Notes: generated by a model not told the origin, from the letters alone. Numbered from the stretch's first letter, positions 1-13,554 are shown. The stretch: DNA of 64,000 nt from Octopus sinensis (GCF_006345805.1 NC_042997.1:187798001-187862000); one strand, 5' to 3'. Translations and numbers: made by a program.

Positions 1-224
1 GTTGAAAGGTGGGAGAATGTTGGGAAATTTGTCAGTGTGAAAGGACCCATTTTTTTCCCACGAGTAACCTTAAAGCGCTTCCCACCTTTTTGGGAGTTTT
101 ACTTGTTCAATTTTTTTTATCCACTGTTGACACGTTTTAAAACCCGTTGTGTCGTCCTATTTTGTCATTTCATGTTGTCTTATGTAAGCCCTTGTGGCTA
201 ATAAAATAATAATAATAATAATAA
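1..224 (+). mobile_element. 3' end of a Tx1/L1-like LINE with (AAT)n tail
   Basis: Frame 1 reads VERWENVGKFVSVKG, resembling the C-terminal FVKRRVNVARMVRMNG of the Tx1-like fragment at 43.5 kb. It is followed by a T-rich 3'UTR, AATAAA and an (AAT)n tail at about 200-224. Confidence 0.5.
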
Positions 225-236
225 ATTATTATTATT

Positions 237-450
237 AGGGTGGCGAGCTGGCAGAAACGTTAGCACGCCGGGTAAAATACTTAGCGGCATTTCGTCCGTC
301 TACGCTTTCTGAATTCAAATTCCGCCGCGGTCGACTTTGCCTTTCGTCCTTTCGAGGTTAATGAAATAACTACGAGCTGGGCACTGTGGCTGATGTAACG
401 ACTAGCCACCACCTTCAAAATTTCAGACCTCGTGCCTATAATAAAAAGGA
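237..450 (+). mobile_element. tRNA-derived SINE, family 1
   Basis: Head GGCGAGCTGGCAGAAACGTTAGCACGCCGG (A-box-like) and GAATTCAAATTCC (B-box-like); homologous to the copy at 44359-44594; CpGs largely retained. Confidence 0.9.
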
Positions 451-2374
451 TTGTTGCTGTTATTAGTGATCACTCTTAGTCTTTCCAACCGAGTAGAACA
501 TACTTCACAAAAGAAGTCTAATAAAAATAAAACGTCCTTTGCTTTTACCAGGTTCAAAGACAAAGTTCACTCCCATTAGTATTGTCAATGTTTTCTAAAA
601 TTTCCAAGTTATTAATATTATTGGAGTTACCTTGCTTTTAGATTTTAAACACCTCTAAAAGGAAATGTTTGTTAATTGTATAAATAACTTCAGTTAATCG
701 AAATTTTTCAACTCACTGTCTTAATTTCGTAAAACTCAACTATTTTATAATTGTTTTAATGAAAGAACAGACTAATAAACATTATTCTCTCTCTTCACGA
801 AAACAAAATATTTACAAACCAATTACCACCACTTCAAGGAAGCATTATTGTCTCTTGAGTATACCAATGTGCGCGCGTAAGTGCGTTTTTTTTTTTTTTT
901 TTACACGGACATCTAAAGAAGAAGTTTCTGCCGGTAAAACCCTATATGTAATTTATACTATGCCTCTCCTTGCCTGTAAAATTGATCGACATGCCCGGAT
1001 TATTGCAGAAGTTTCTGTTTGATGACTTCACTGCTGGTATTATTGTTTCATCGTGATATCAAAAGTTAATGGGCAGCAAACGCGGCTTACATAAGAGGCT
1101 AACTACAGTAGACTCCATTATAGTAGCGGCGGATAATGATCAAAGTAAAGGAAATTGTAAACGTTTAGAGCCAATTGTGACATACACTCCCTACGAAGAA
1201 TATGAATGGAAAATGAAATTGTAAACTAAATTATACTACAAGCTATCTCAGTGTTGCATTCTCATAGACGGGGAGGGAAAGTAGTAGAACCATTGCAAAT
1301 AGTAGAAAGCTGGAATGATGCTTTATGCTTTCATATTCTGGGCCTTGGTAGTTTCAAATTTTACGATGTGGATTTTACCTTCTGCCCATTCAAGGTCAAT
1401 AATGTAATTAGTAATTTCCTAACCCATTAATGCATGCCTTTCTGTCTAGACTACAAAAAATACAATGGGAAAATAATACTTATGGGTATAGTGATAGACT
1501 AGACGCGACGAAGTACCTAACTCGTTGCCTCAATTTCCTGAGTTAAATTCAGACTGGAGTCACTTTTGCCTTTTATTCTTTCTTAGCCGATCAATTGATT
1601 AATATCGTCTCTCTTTTAAAAGAACGGAATGATTCTTTTTCTCTTTTCGTTCTTTTCATGCGGCAAAATTCTATACAAAAGAGTTGTTCAGTCAAGGTGT
1701 TCTGCTACACAATTTCCCAACAGCTAATGAACAGTAGGCAGCCGATCAAAAGGATTTATTTCAGACTCGGAGTCCATGTGAATAAGAACGTGTGTAATAA
1801 CCTACTTAGGCGCGCTCAAAAATATCTTCAATACGTAACATTAGACATTGAAATTCTACTATAAGACGGGTTTTCAAAAAAATTTTTACGGTGCACCCTT
1901 CATGTCCCCCAATGATAGCCTATCCCATGTGAAGAATTTAGTCTAAGATAGTTGAATACTGTAGAACAGACAGACATTATATGTTATTAATTCAATTTTA
2001 AAAAATTCAAATCTAGTCATAGTCAACTTTGCCACTAAACCTTCTGCGGTTGATAACATAAAATAGCAGAGATTTATATATAAACGACTATTTCTTTTTC
2101 TAAAATGTCTAGCCTTGTGCCTATGTAAGAAATCAATTTCATTTAATGCTACATTTTTGATATGTAAACTAAGTAATATGTGGTATCATAGATCATAAGG
2201 AAAAATGCGCAGATGGATCACCAGTGCAGACAAGCTAATTTTTTCAATCTTACGATGCTGAATGTCCCATCATAGTGATATTTGAAAAAAGTTGAAGATA
2301 TGTAAAAGCTGTAAGTTTCTTCTCGTTAAATAAATCAACAAATTCTGGACGAATATTAAACATAAACAACTTAT

Positions 2375-2585
2375 GGAGCTAACGAGGGAGACTCTACGCA
2401 GTTGTTCGACGGCCAAGAAATGGCAACCAAACCTCCCTCAAATCATAAACAGACATCTTAAAAACAATAAGGACATATTAGATGAAGTGGTCCAAGATGG
2501 TCCTTAAAAAGTTATAGATATGGCTGGAATGAACTTGATTATAAGATTTGTTCGATAACTGTTGACCTTGAATTAAACAATAGCT
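2375..2585 (+). mobile_element. SINE-like repeat, family 3
   Basis: Shares GCAACCAAA..CCCTCAAATCA..GGCTGGAATG..TAAACAA blocks with copies at 33.2, 34.1, 35.4 and 49.3 kb. Confidence 0.65.
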
Positions 2586-2604
2586 AAATAGTAAAAGCTT
2601 ATAC

Positions 2605-3029
2605 AGCCAGAAGTAGAACACTGAATGGAAAACGGCTAGAAATTACAAACGCTTCAATATTTCGACAATTTAATGAAACACTTGTTTATGAACATAAATA
2701 TGTTGATTGTGGCACAAGACGGCAATTTTAGCACAAGGCCACAATAGCCAGAAGTAGAACATTGAATGGAAAACGGCTAGAAATTACAAACGCTCCAATA
2801 TTTCGACAATTTAATGAAACACTTGTTTATGAACATAAATATGTTGATTGTGGCACAAGACGGCAATTTTAGCACAAGGCCACAATAGCCAGAAGTAGAA
2901 CATTGAATGGAAAACGGCTAGAAATTACAAACGCTCCAATATTTCGACAATTTAATGAAACACACTCGTCTAAGAACATAAATATGCTGATTGTGGCACA
3001 AGACGGCAATTTTAGCACAAGGCCGCAAT
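2605..3029. repeat. Tandem triplication, 3 x 141 bp
   Basis: Unit AGCCAGAAGTAGAAC...GCACAAGGCC starts at 2605, 2746 and 2887. Units 2 and 3 are nearly identical. The unit ends in the terminus of a minus-strand SINE. Confidence 0.95.
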
Positions 3030-3145
3030 TTTGCAGAGAAGTATAGTTGACTGAGCCAACCTCAGTACACTACTGGAGTTTATTTTATTGATTGTGGTGA
3101 GATGAAAGAAAAGTAAACTCCGACGGTATTTGAATTCAAAGCATA
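3000..3145 (-). mobile_element. Degraded SINE family 1 fragment
   Basis: GCACAAGGCC..CAATTTT..AAAGTAAACTCCGACGGTATTTGAATTCAAAGC is the reverse complement of the family-1 body; interrupted by a LINE 3' end. Confidence 0.6.
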
Positions 3146-3149
3146 AATG

Positions 3150-3410
3150 GAACTAAACATTGTCCCGAGGGAGATCAAAGAGGAAAAGGATCCCATCAAC
3201 TTTAAACGGAGTCTGGATAGATTCCTTCAAAGAATACCAGATAAGCCACTCATAATTGGATACAACTCACCCAACAAAACTCACTACTTGACTTAAACAA
3301 AACTTGACTTAAACAGGATTCGAATAATCCTATCAGGTGGTGCTATTAAGTTAGACATGGCCTGGACCAATCTTTGGTCGAAACATATCTAAGTTTATCT
3401 AAGTCTAAAT
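3150..3410 (+). mobile_element. 3' end of a CR1/L2-type LINE
   Basis: Translates NIVPREIKEEKDPINFKRSLDRFLQRIPDKPLIIGYNSPN, typical of a CR1/L2-group ORF2 C-terminus; followed by a short 3'UTR and a (TCTAAG)-like tail. Confidence 0.7.
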
Positions 3411-4495
3411 AGATATTTAGTTCGACACTTGTAATTTTAGCGTCCTACAACCTTCGTTACCATTACTCAATATTGTGATTGTTTCGCCTTCCAAATTTTT
3501 AAAACTCCTTCATCGTCTATCTTAATGTCATACATACATACATACATAACGGTTATATGGTGAATATCGCATCAAATAGATAAAATGCTGGCAAAATTTG
3601 ATAACAAAACAGCGCAGGTGAAGATTCGATGAGATTTTATAATTCAAAATGTAGTGAGTTTGTCGTTCTGAAATACATGACTATTCTAGATTATACTTAA
3701 AATAGCGACATAGTGTTTCAAATACCTTGTGTGTATGTAAAAATACTGCTGATATTCCCTGAAACGACCAGGGTGTGCTGTCTTCAACTTTTTCACATGT
3801 CTTCTAAAGGTCTGCACAATTGATGTTTTATTGTTGGAGCTTAGAAACCCTTCAACATTTTATCTACTTATTAAATTCTATATTTTCTTGCCATTCATAC
3901 CAATATAATAGTATTATAGGTAAATTATATATATAATATAATGAAATTATTGTATACAGTGCTCAGGTGCACCACAACTTGTCAAATCCTTGTTGGACAT
4001 ATATCTAATAAAATAGAAGCAATTTGCTATTGTGTGTTTAGAGATTCCTGATACCATTTTCCATACAACAGATTTCCGTACAATGATAAATAGTTGACAC
4101 CAAAATTCTTTTCACGACATATTCATACACTTTTCTACGGATATTTCAACCAAAATCTATAGTGTGCTTAAAACATTGTGACAGAAACAAAACAAAACAC
4201 AAAGCGCTTTGCATTTGACAGACAAGTGGTTAGCAGAATGACTGAGAATCTAAATTTCCATTGGGTGTTTATTTACACTTATAACAATTTCTTTCACTTC
4301 CAAATACTAGCAACGTGGATAAGTATCTACTTGGGATTAAACATTTTGTACATTTTGAAGATTTTTTTGATGACCTATTTCTATTTTAACTAGCCTAGTT
4401 TTGGAGTGTGGTAAAGGAATACAAATATACAAAATTATTATCACACGAAGTGAATATAGAAGAACTATTACTCTCATTAAATACTATACAAAACT

Positions 4496-4712
4496 TAAGG
4501 CGGTGAGCTGGCAGAATTGTTATCACTTTGCACAAAATGCTTAGCGGTATTTCTTCCGGATTACGTTCTGAGTTAAAATTCTGCCGAGGTCGATTTTTGC
4601 CTTCCATCTTCCTCTTTCGAAGTTGATGGAAATAAGAGCCCGTTGAGCACTGGGGTCGATATAATCGATTAGCCTCTATCCCAAAATTTCAGGCCTTGTG
4701 CCTATAGTAGAA
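4496..4712 (+). mobile_element. tRNA-derived SINE, family 1
   Basis: AAGGCGGTGAGCTGGCAGAA...GAGTTAAAATTCTGCCGAGGTCGA...GGCCTTGTGCCTATAGTAGAAAG. Confidence 0.9.
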
Positions 4713-5080
4713 AGTGAAAATAAAACAGTACACAAAATTCAGTGAGGAAATCGTAGAATTTAGCAGTCCAGGGAAAGTTTTTATTTCATAGTTTTTACTG
4801 AATTTTATTTCGATGTAAAGTTATAACCAGATTGTCAGCAATGGGTTTCGTCCAGCGCTACTTACAATGGTTTCCTCTATGAATTGTCATTATATCCTTG
4901 CCAACTCCTTGCTCCTCCCATTATCCATATGGTTACGTTACCCTATCCTTCAACACTGCATCTAATCTTTCCTCCTAGGGATAACGGTCGTCTGGAATAT
5001 CATCATTTTTACCTACATACGCTGGTCGTAGATGATCAAGTCGAACATCACCACATTGATTTCACTAGTCTATGTGAACC

Positions 5081-5186
5081 TGTAAAGTCATACGCACAGC
5101 TTTTCCCTATTTAGTTCACCTATTTTTAGATTATAATCTAAAAATAGGTGAACTAAGTAGGGAAAAGCTGTGCGTATGACTTTACA
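5081..5186. repeat. 106-bp loop-less palindrome (53-bp arms, 1 mismatch)
   Basis: Arm TGTAAAGTCATACGCACAGCTTTTCCCTATTTAGTTCACCTATTTTTAGATTA is followed directly by its reverse complement; centre at 5133/5134; single T5110:G5157 mismatch. Confidence 0.97.
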
Positions 5187-5654
5187 AATAACAAAATTAA
5201 GGATTAACCTTTCCTATATCTATTGGTTACTGCCTATAAATAATTACATATAATTGCAAATTAAACCACCACCCCATGACTGAAATGCATGCATGTCAGC
5301 TCTAGACTTGGCAAAAATTATACATCTTTATAAGAAAATACTGCAAACCGGAACAGCTTTTCAAAATATATATAAATCAAGATTTTTAATATTTCAGTGT
5401 TTTACTTAGTAATTTTAAAAGTTTTTTTCTTTTTCGCTTCAGATATGCTATAAAAGAAATCATTTACAAATCTATAACAAGCAGTACGAGAAACTTTGTC
5501 TCAGTTAGGTGAACCCTATTTCGTATTCACATTGTGCGTATAAGAGTGTGCGCGCGCTCCTGTACATGAAATTTATTTCATTCATTATCAAGTATCAGAT
5601 AAATTTTAGCAGCGAAATTGAACCAATCTTCTCACCCGGAAATATGAAGAGTTA

Positions 5655-5722
5655 GGATCTATTCTGTTTGGTGGTCAACTCGATTAATTAATTCGAAGTT
5701 GACCACCAAACAGAATAGATCC
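5655..5722. mobile_element. 68-bp TIR-only mini-transposon (Merlin-like) with 8-bp TSD
   Basis: Perfect 26-bp TIRs GGATCTATTCTGTTTGGTGGTCAACT (5655-5680, 5697-5722) around a 16-bp spacer. Flanks AAGAGTTA (5647-5654) and AAGAGTCA (5723-5730). TIR resembles that of the MITEs at 34882 and 61489. Confidence 0.85.
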
Positions 5723-7734
5723 AAGAGTCATTCAAGGGAGGCAACTCCAAATATACTGGACACGTGATTTTTCAATTCTTTAATAACGAAGCACTAGAAT
5801 TCTTTTCTGTTTACTGTACATGAACCTATTTTATTTAATTTTGTTATGATGAAGTAGGTCGTTAGGAGAAATTAGGCAAGTTAATAAGAAGGGCTTAAAA
5901 TTTTCTCTGTTCGAATTCTGATTAAATAACCTTATTTTTCTTTCTTCTTTTTTAAATAGAAAATGTCACTGAGGTCGAGGGAAAGGGAATTAGATAATGA
6001 AAACACGCTACAATCGAAATAAAATCTACATCAAATAGACAAAATAGAGTTAATAGTTTAGGGTTTTCTCTGCCTTTTACCCAGCCCGATAGTGAAACCT
6101 ACAAAATATAATCTACGGCACTCTTAGAAAATTTAGATTTTCTAGTAGATCATTTTAATTCAGATGATTCTGAAACTTATTTTCACTTAATCATTACATT
6201 TGTAGATATATGTTGCAAAACTGAAAATATAATATCAATAACAATTCATTTATACATACAATATTCGACGTAAGTTCACAGGTATATACCCAAAACTATC
6301 ATTTTAATGTTTCATATAGTCATTTAGAATAAATATTATGAATTTTACTCGATCCCTGAAGTGAAGAATTAAAAAATATTCTTGCTGTAATAACATCAGA
6401 ATACATCTATTCAAACATAACGTGCATGGGGAAACCCATTTAAAACGTCTAAATTCTACGTTTTTATTATTGTTTTGCTTTGCTTTAATATCTCATTTTC
6501 AATGATTTCCTTCTGTATTTTGCAGATGATATTCTAATACTAAATTCAAAAACATTTGTTGCCCGATATATTTTAACATGAAAACCTCCCAGCTAAATTT
6601 TTAACCTTGACCTATTTCCGAGCGATCCGAAATAGTACGAAACAGTTCCGATTCATTCAAAAGCATTCGTGATAAAATGTCTCACTTTTCTCTTCCTTTG
6701 AATATAGAACCTCGCAATAAGTGAAGATGAACCAATATTTTGTTTTCATTGCGCTCACAAAAACTGTCTATGCCTTGATTTAGGATTAAAAAATGTTATG
6801 GGAAATAATTCCTGCAAAAAGTTACCTCCCTTGAAATTATGGGACGTAACCTTTTTTTACTTTTTGTATGTGTTACTTTAGTGTTATTAATACTCCGAAA
6901 ACTATCTTCGAATTCGTTTGCACTAAATCAATTGACTCATGGTTTGCTTATTTCAGTTATTCTTTCATCTGCTCTAAAATGTGCCTTTTAGACAAATCCT
7001 TATAGTAATGAAGTCAGCAGAAGGCATGTATGTAACCCATAAGGTGATTTTTTAAATTCTACAAGCCCAAAACGAGACGGTTACAACTGGAAAGTCTTTG
7101 AATGTAGATTTTGCACGGCCAAGGCTAATCTAGAAATAAACTGACCATAGTGAAATTTTATTTATATTGCGTAAAAGGTATTTACGAAAATAAGTATTTT
7201 AGAGAAAACGATACAATCTAAATTGGTAAGAATCTAATCTTACACATAACAAATAAAGTATAGAAAAATAACTTCAACAAATTTGATAAATGTCAGCTAA
7301 TCAATTTATTTATATAAACTAGTGTGAAGTGAATGTATTTTCTTTCCAATTTTAAATATATACCTTGACAAATTATTAAAGTAGCTGAATTATTTTTGTT
7401 TCTCTAATTCTTATACATACGTTCATTAAAGTAAGAATATGTAATCAATTTTAAATAGTTATTATTTTGAAAACCCTTGTATAGAGTATTTATTTTATTT
7501 AAGAAATTATCTTACTCTTAAATTCTGTCTGAATTCTAACCTCTAAAAAATTATATAGTAAAGCTTATATATTAAATGTAAAAATCGCTTAAAACTTATG
7601 CCATTTTCAAAATCTTTTTGCAATAATAAACCTATCCGAAATACGAGATTTCAAAAGTTACAGGTAATGAGGAAATTATTATAAAGAGCACGAAACCTGA
7701 AGTACCACTACTTGATTAGAATTTTTTAAAATTT

Positions 7735-7870
7735 TTATTGGAAGTGTGGCAACACTGAAAGAATGAGAGGAAACTTGATCTCAGCATGAAGTGAACTCCG
7801 AACGTGAAGCCATAATTAAATACCACAAAGAATTTTGTTCGACAAGCTGATGTTTCTGGCCACCACTAAT
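7735..7870 (-). mobile_element. Degraded SINE family 1 fragment
   Basis: AAACTTGATCTCAGCATGAAGTGAACTCCGAACGT...GAATTTTGTTCGACAAGCT matches the reverse complement of the family-1 head. Confidence 0.5.
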
Positions 7871-10181
7871 AATGATTTTTCTTTCTCAGTGTCATTTACA
7901 GTTTTTATGCAATGGTTAATTCAAGGGAAATAAATCTTATTTTTGACATAATTTGTTCATAGAATTACCTCCCTTCCATACCTATTCTTAGGATATTTGA
8001 TTCTTCATTAATGAATGCTTTTTTAAAGAGTTTAAATGACTTAAAACTATTTGTTTCCTGTATTTCTAAGTAGAAAACTTTCATTCACATTGCTTCGTTA
8101 CACTTCAGATTCACGGGAATGTTAAACCTGAGACAAGTGTCCATCAATCATTGTAGTCCACGTCTTTGAATAAGGATTCTGATGTTAGGCGTTCACTACC
8201 AAGCGAATATCTTCCTTCACTGCAAATTCCTGTTTGCAAATCAAATTCTTTTATGTTTTTCTTTAAGCTTTGATGATTCTTGTATATTCTCTTTCAGTTT
8301 TCAATACTTGATACTTCCAATATATGTCACTAAAACATCAGCTGCTGGACTTAATTGATATACCTACAATAATACACCAGTAATCTCTTACCATAAACAT
8401 GTTTTTGCTAATTAATTTGTCCATTTATTTATAATGCATTCTAGTGCTTTGCATACTAATTCCTTGAAACATTTTTACAGAATATTAATTTTCCTCCTTT
8501 ATGAAATATCTACATTACAGCAATTACCTGCCAGAAAGAAGCATATAATAACTATACTATGGAAAATAACTCAAACAAGCTTCTGAAATAAAGAAATTTA
8601 TACAATTAGTATCATTTCAAGCAACATGATTAAAGACTTATAAAATTCCTATATCAGAATGTTGTACACTTCAGTTATGATTGATTGTATTAGGAAATCA
8701 GTTGCATGCCCATATGAAAAACCCAAGATTATAGTGATCCAACAAAGGAACATCTACAGGTTACTAAACTTGCTACAAATCCAAAATATTCCAAAAACGA
8801 TGTCATGGTTACTGTTTGAAGTCTGCTGATGGTAGGTCTGCTCAATATGAATTAACTTGGGGCATATGAAAATAATACATAAACAATAAAACTACAATTA
8901 CCATACAAACACTAATATATTCTGTGTTTCTCAAGTTCATATAATAATACATTTGAAAGGTTCCATAAAACTGCAATAATAATAGATGACAATACCATTG
9001 TTTAGAATTCACTTCTGACTTGTTCCATTTTGTGAACTTTGATTCCTGCTAACACAGACCACACCTAGTTTCTTCATTCTAATGTTTTATTTTGCAATGA
9101 TAAATATACCTTGATATAAATTTCAAAATTTCAAAAAACAATTTCATCAGACACTTTTAATATCTTCATGGATACTATCTATTTACTCGTAAACAAATAA
9201 TATAGCAATACTCCTTCTGCAACATAACTCTGTAACATTTGTGATTAAATAACTTAAGAATTTTCTAATTGCAATGAAAACAAAAATGTCTCTATGTAAT
9301 AAGAAATACACAAACATACTTTAGAAATGTTGAACTATCATGAAAGCAAAATGAAGAAAAATTAAGTTGTATTTAAGAAACAGAGATTTGACGAAGATAT
9401 TGATATTTGTATACAGATTCCCTGCTAGAGTAAGTAGTAAAATATAGACATGCTTCTTCATAAGTTTTCATTCAACATAGCCAAACAAATGTAATGTAGT
9501 TTCTTAAACTACATTATTAGTTTAACTGCTGTTTATATACCTGCTGCTCAGAAAGATAATTTTATTTTTAGTTCTAGTTAAATAGTTGGTCACCAATCAA
9601 AGTACATTTGCTATTAATCATTGATCATCATTCCAATTAACATCTTCAAACATCGTTTTAACATATATTTGTTTCCTATGTTGGCAGGAATAAAATAAGT
9701 TTACTTGAACTTATCTGGCACCAAGCCCATCTATACACTCCAAACAGCATAATGTAACCTAATTCTGACTCATAAACATTTCATGATAATATTTAATGTT
9801 ACAAAAGTTGACTATATTTCACTTGATGTTGTTATGAAACATTACAGAAAAACTAGAACAGGTGGCCTTCACATCGAACAAACCAAACAAGATACAGCAG
9901 TGTTCTTTCTGTATTATCCATCTAAAAATACTGAATTCAGTTGGATGGGTTTTGAATTCCAACAAATGATATGGCCTCCAAAAAGACACAGTGAAACACC
10001 TCAAGCCAGAAATATAATCATTTATTAAATGGAATATGTTTTCTAAAGCATTTCAGGTGAAATACACTGTTTTCAACTAAACCGGTATTGCTTATCTCAC
10101 AGTTAAACTGAGAAGGCTATTGACCTGACCTGATGTAGCCATATTCTTACAAAAACAAATACTAGCACTTAGAGCATTAAA

Positions 10182-10535
10182 TAGGTGCAGGCATAGCAAT
10201 GTAGCCAAGAGTTTTCTTCACAATCACATGATTCCAAGTTTCATCCCACTGAGCAACAACAGTTTTTTTATATTTTTCTATAGCCTTGGATAGACCAAAT
10301 CTTTGTGAATGGAATTTGGTAAACTATATGGAAGCCTGTTGTGTGTGTGTTTGTGTGAGTGTAAAGGACATGTGTGCATCGTTTCATGCCAAAAAGTAAC
10401 TCCGGCTTTTGGTAAATAGACATAAATAAAATAAATATCAGACTGGAATAAATACTGGAATTAATATGACTGACTAAAAAGGATCTCAAAGGTGATGTTA
10501 TAGCATGGCTGAGTCCAATGACTGAAACCAGTAAT
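10182..10535 (+). mobile_element. SINE family 2 (head plus central microsatellite plus TGACTGAAAC tail), degraded
   Basis: GGTGCAGGCATAGCAATGTAGCCAAGAG..CACATGATTCCAAGTTTCATCCCACTG...ATGACTGAAACCAGTAA; homologous to 59757-60158. Confidence 0.7.
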
Positions 10536-13179
10536 GAATAATGCTAAAAAAATTTGTAATTGCATTTTAACAACTGATTCTCATTAAGAAAAAAAACATG
10601 CTCATAATAAGCTTCTTCCTCCACTTTATAACTTATTCTGCAACAATATTTCATTAAATAATCATAACTTTACTAGACACATAAACAGTTACTTCTTACC
10701 TTATTTGCTTAAATTAAACCTTTTTTAACATACATACAAACAATGTTTGGATCTTTTGTTTGTTACTATGGATGGTTTGGTCTACTTATGATAGACTCTA
10801 ATCACATGGTAACTTGGACAACACTAATTCTAGATATAAAAATAAAATATTTACACATAAACAACTTTACTTGTGAAGTGTACCAGTAATCCCATGTCAA
10901 ACAAAATTACATTCAATAAACACCAACCTGTGTTCTCTATTCAGTATCCTTACCAAAATGAAATATAGATCTAATCTTGCTAAATGGTTAAGTGAATATA
11001 AAACATAAGCATATTTGAAACTATTTTGGTACTGTTAGGCGATGAAATAATTGGAAAATTGATATGAAATTAATTTATTTTATTTTATTTTATAACAAAT
11101 CACTGTAAGTAACAGTTTTTCAGGTTTAAATAGAGCTTCCCTGATGACCCACCACAATTCAATGTAATCAAAAATCATCTTTTAATTTCATTAAAATGAT
11201 AAATGTAAAATTTAAAAATGCATTTTTGAACGTATATATTTGTTCTATATGATTAGTATATTATGCCACAATGATGACGTTCAGCAAAGTAGTATTTAAA
11301 TTGGTGAAGTAGAATGCCTGATTAAAAGGTGTATCAATTTAATTGCTAATTTAATGTATTGCAATTCAAATTAAAAGCTAAAATGTTGATGAAGGTAGAC
11401 CACTATGATTCTTTTGGATTTATTTACTTGAGTTAAAAACTTCCAGATAATACTGTTAATGTACATTTATTATAATGCCACAATTTTGAGACAATATATT
11501 ATATTTAAATTATCAAAATTACCGCCGCCCTATCAGAAATAAATTTTCTCACCTAATAATTATTTATGACAAATATAAAAATTTATACATAAACAATTTA
11601 ATGAGAATCAAAGTATTGTTTTATTTACATTCCTTAGTTTTATTTAAATAACAACTAAGGCCCAGAAAGCTGTGGTCCCAGTTCACATGTTGCTATATGA
11701 TTCATTTGTCAATATTTTTAACAAGCTCCCACTGGGGAACTTGTCAATTCCATCTCTTTTTATCACCCACAGTTTATGATATAGCTGTAACGATGCATGC
11801 TTGATAACAACCTGCACTGCATCAACTGAACAAGTAAATAATATCGAAGATTTTGTAAAGAAAGCAGCAGTACACCTCTTTAATAGTTTTCTGATACTAA
11901 CAAAATGCTAATATATTGATCTGTACTGTCGACACAACAGATTTCCGATTACAAAGCAAGCATCTGCTCATTGTCTGCCAGTGGTCAGATGTTATGATAA
12001 ATTGAATATCTATGAGAATAACAATACATTTTGGTAATTTTGCACCACTCACTTCTGATGATACACTACAAGTACTACTGCATTAGATGTTTGAAGTCTC
12101 AATAGAAAGCTCTGCTGCCTTTGATATTGTATGTACTCACAAAGCAGACTGTTAAGGCTATAGATGCCATGCATTTACTTATGCTACAAAGCTCTAGTGC
12201 TACTGGTACTCATTGTGCAGTAACAAAATATAAAACTCTAGTGCTGCTGATACTACGTGTGTGTGCGCGCATGTGTGTATGTGTGTGTGCTCACAATACA
12301 AAGCTGTGATGCCACATTGTTATTTATGTCAGATGATCAGTGTAAATAGAAGTAGCTGTCATCTTTATTACTGTCTAACTGCTGTTGCTGATCTTGAGTA
12401 GTTTTTCATTTTCTATCAATATCTTTTGATAATTACTGTCTGCTGTTGATATTCTGTAATGAATGATTCCATCTAATATGAACTTTCATAACCTATTGAA
12501 ATCCTCCTGTCAAGAATTATAAGTCAAATCAGTATGAGCTATTCATCATACTTAGTTTACTTTTATTAATAACTCATATTACCATTAACTATGTTACCCC
12601 CATTTTCTAACCCTAACCTTGTCACTATAGACTTTGATTAGAAATGGTGCTACAAACGTTAGGTTAATTTTAGCCATACTTTTCTTTATATATATATATA
12701 TATATTCCATTATAATTAATATAGTTTTTGTCAAAACATTTTGGCTTATTACAATATTGTAGGAAATATCAGTGTCTGAAGATAATTAAGATTTAGAAGA
12801 CACAACTTAATTTAAGACATGTTTCCCAGGGATAATTCGGTAGGTAGCATATCATCCAATCATCATCATATTTCATGAGCAATGAGAATCTCAGAAAGGC
12901 TTGATATAAACAACACCAGATTTTTTTTGATTTTATATGTGCTTTGGAGGTGAAATTGTTTGCTTTTTTTGTATCTATTCTGCAGAAATAAAGATAACAA
13001 TAGTTTAAGAGTTCCAGCTAACCAAGAAACTCTTAAAATTAGATTCTGTGACCCTATTTTATTGGAATTGCTACTTTTGAGAGATAATTAACTAATTACT
13101 ACTAGTGGTAGGAATTTTTTCTAATCCCAAGAAACAAAGAGCAATGTATGCTATACAAATGTATCTGATGTGTGTGTGT

Positions 13180-13465
13180 GTGTACTTGTTTCAGTCCTTA
13201 GACAGTGGCTGTGCTAGGGCACAGACTTTAGTGAGAACTTACTTATTCTATCAGACTCTTTTTGCCAAACCACTAAGTTACAGGGACATAAACAAACCAA
13301 TACCAGTAGTCAAGTAGTGGAAGAGAACAGACACAAATACACACTGATGCATACATATATACATACGATGGGCTTCTTTCAATTTTTGCCCAGCAATCCA
13401 CTTACAAAGCTTTGGTCAGCCGAGTTTTGATACAGTAAAAGACACTTTCCCAAGGTACTACACCG
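13180..13465 (-). mobile_element. SINE family 2, degraded
   Basis: ACTTGTTTCAGTC...GGGCTTCTTTCAATTTTTGCCCAGCAATCCACTTACAAAGCTTTGGTCAGCC...CCCAAGGTAC. Confidence 0.75.
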
Positions 13466-13515
13466 TATATGAATGTGTGTGTGTGTGTGTGCACAAGCAT
13501 ATATACATATGTGTG

Positions 13516-13554
<39 letters not shown>

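Noticed and set aside
237-450. tRNA genes suggested by A/B-box-like motifs
   Set aside because: They belong to multi-copy SINE heads with no complete cloverleaf and continue into the SINE body.
8040-12520. Several short open frames with splice-like borders on both strands (e.g. GYIMLFGVYRWAWCQISS, ILTKMKYRSNLAKW)
   Set aside because: Weak or conflicting splice sites, and they cannot be joined into a recognisable protein; indistinguishable from AT-rich noise without RNA data.
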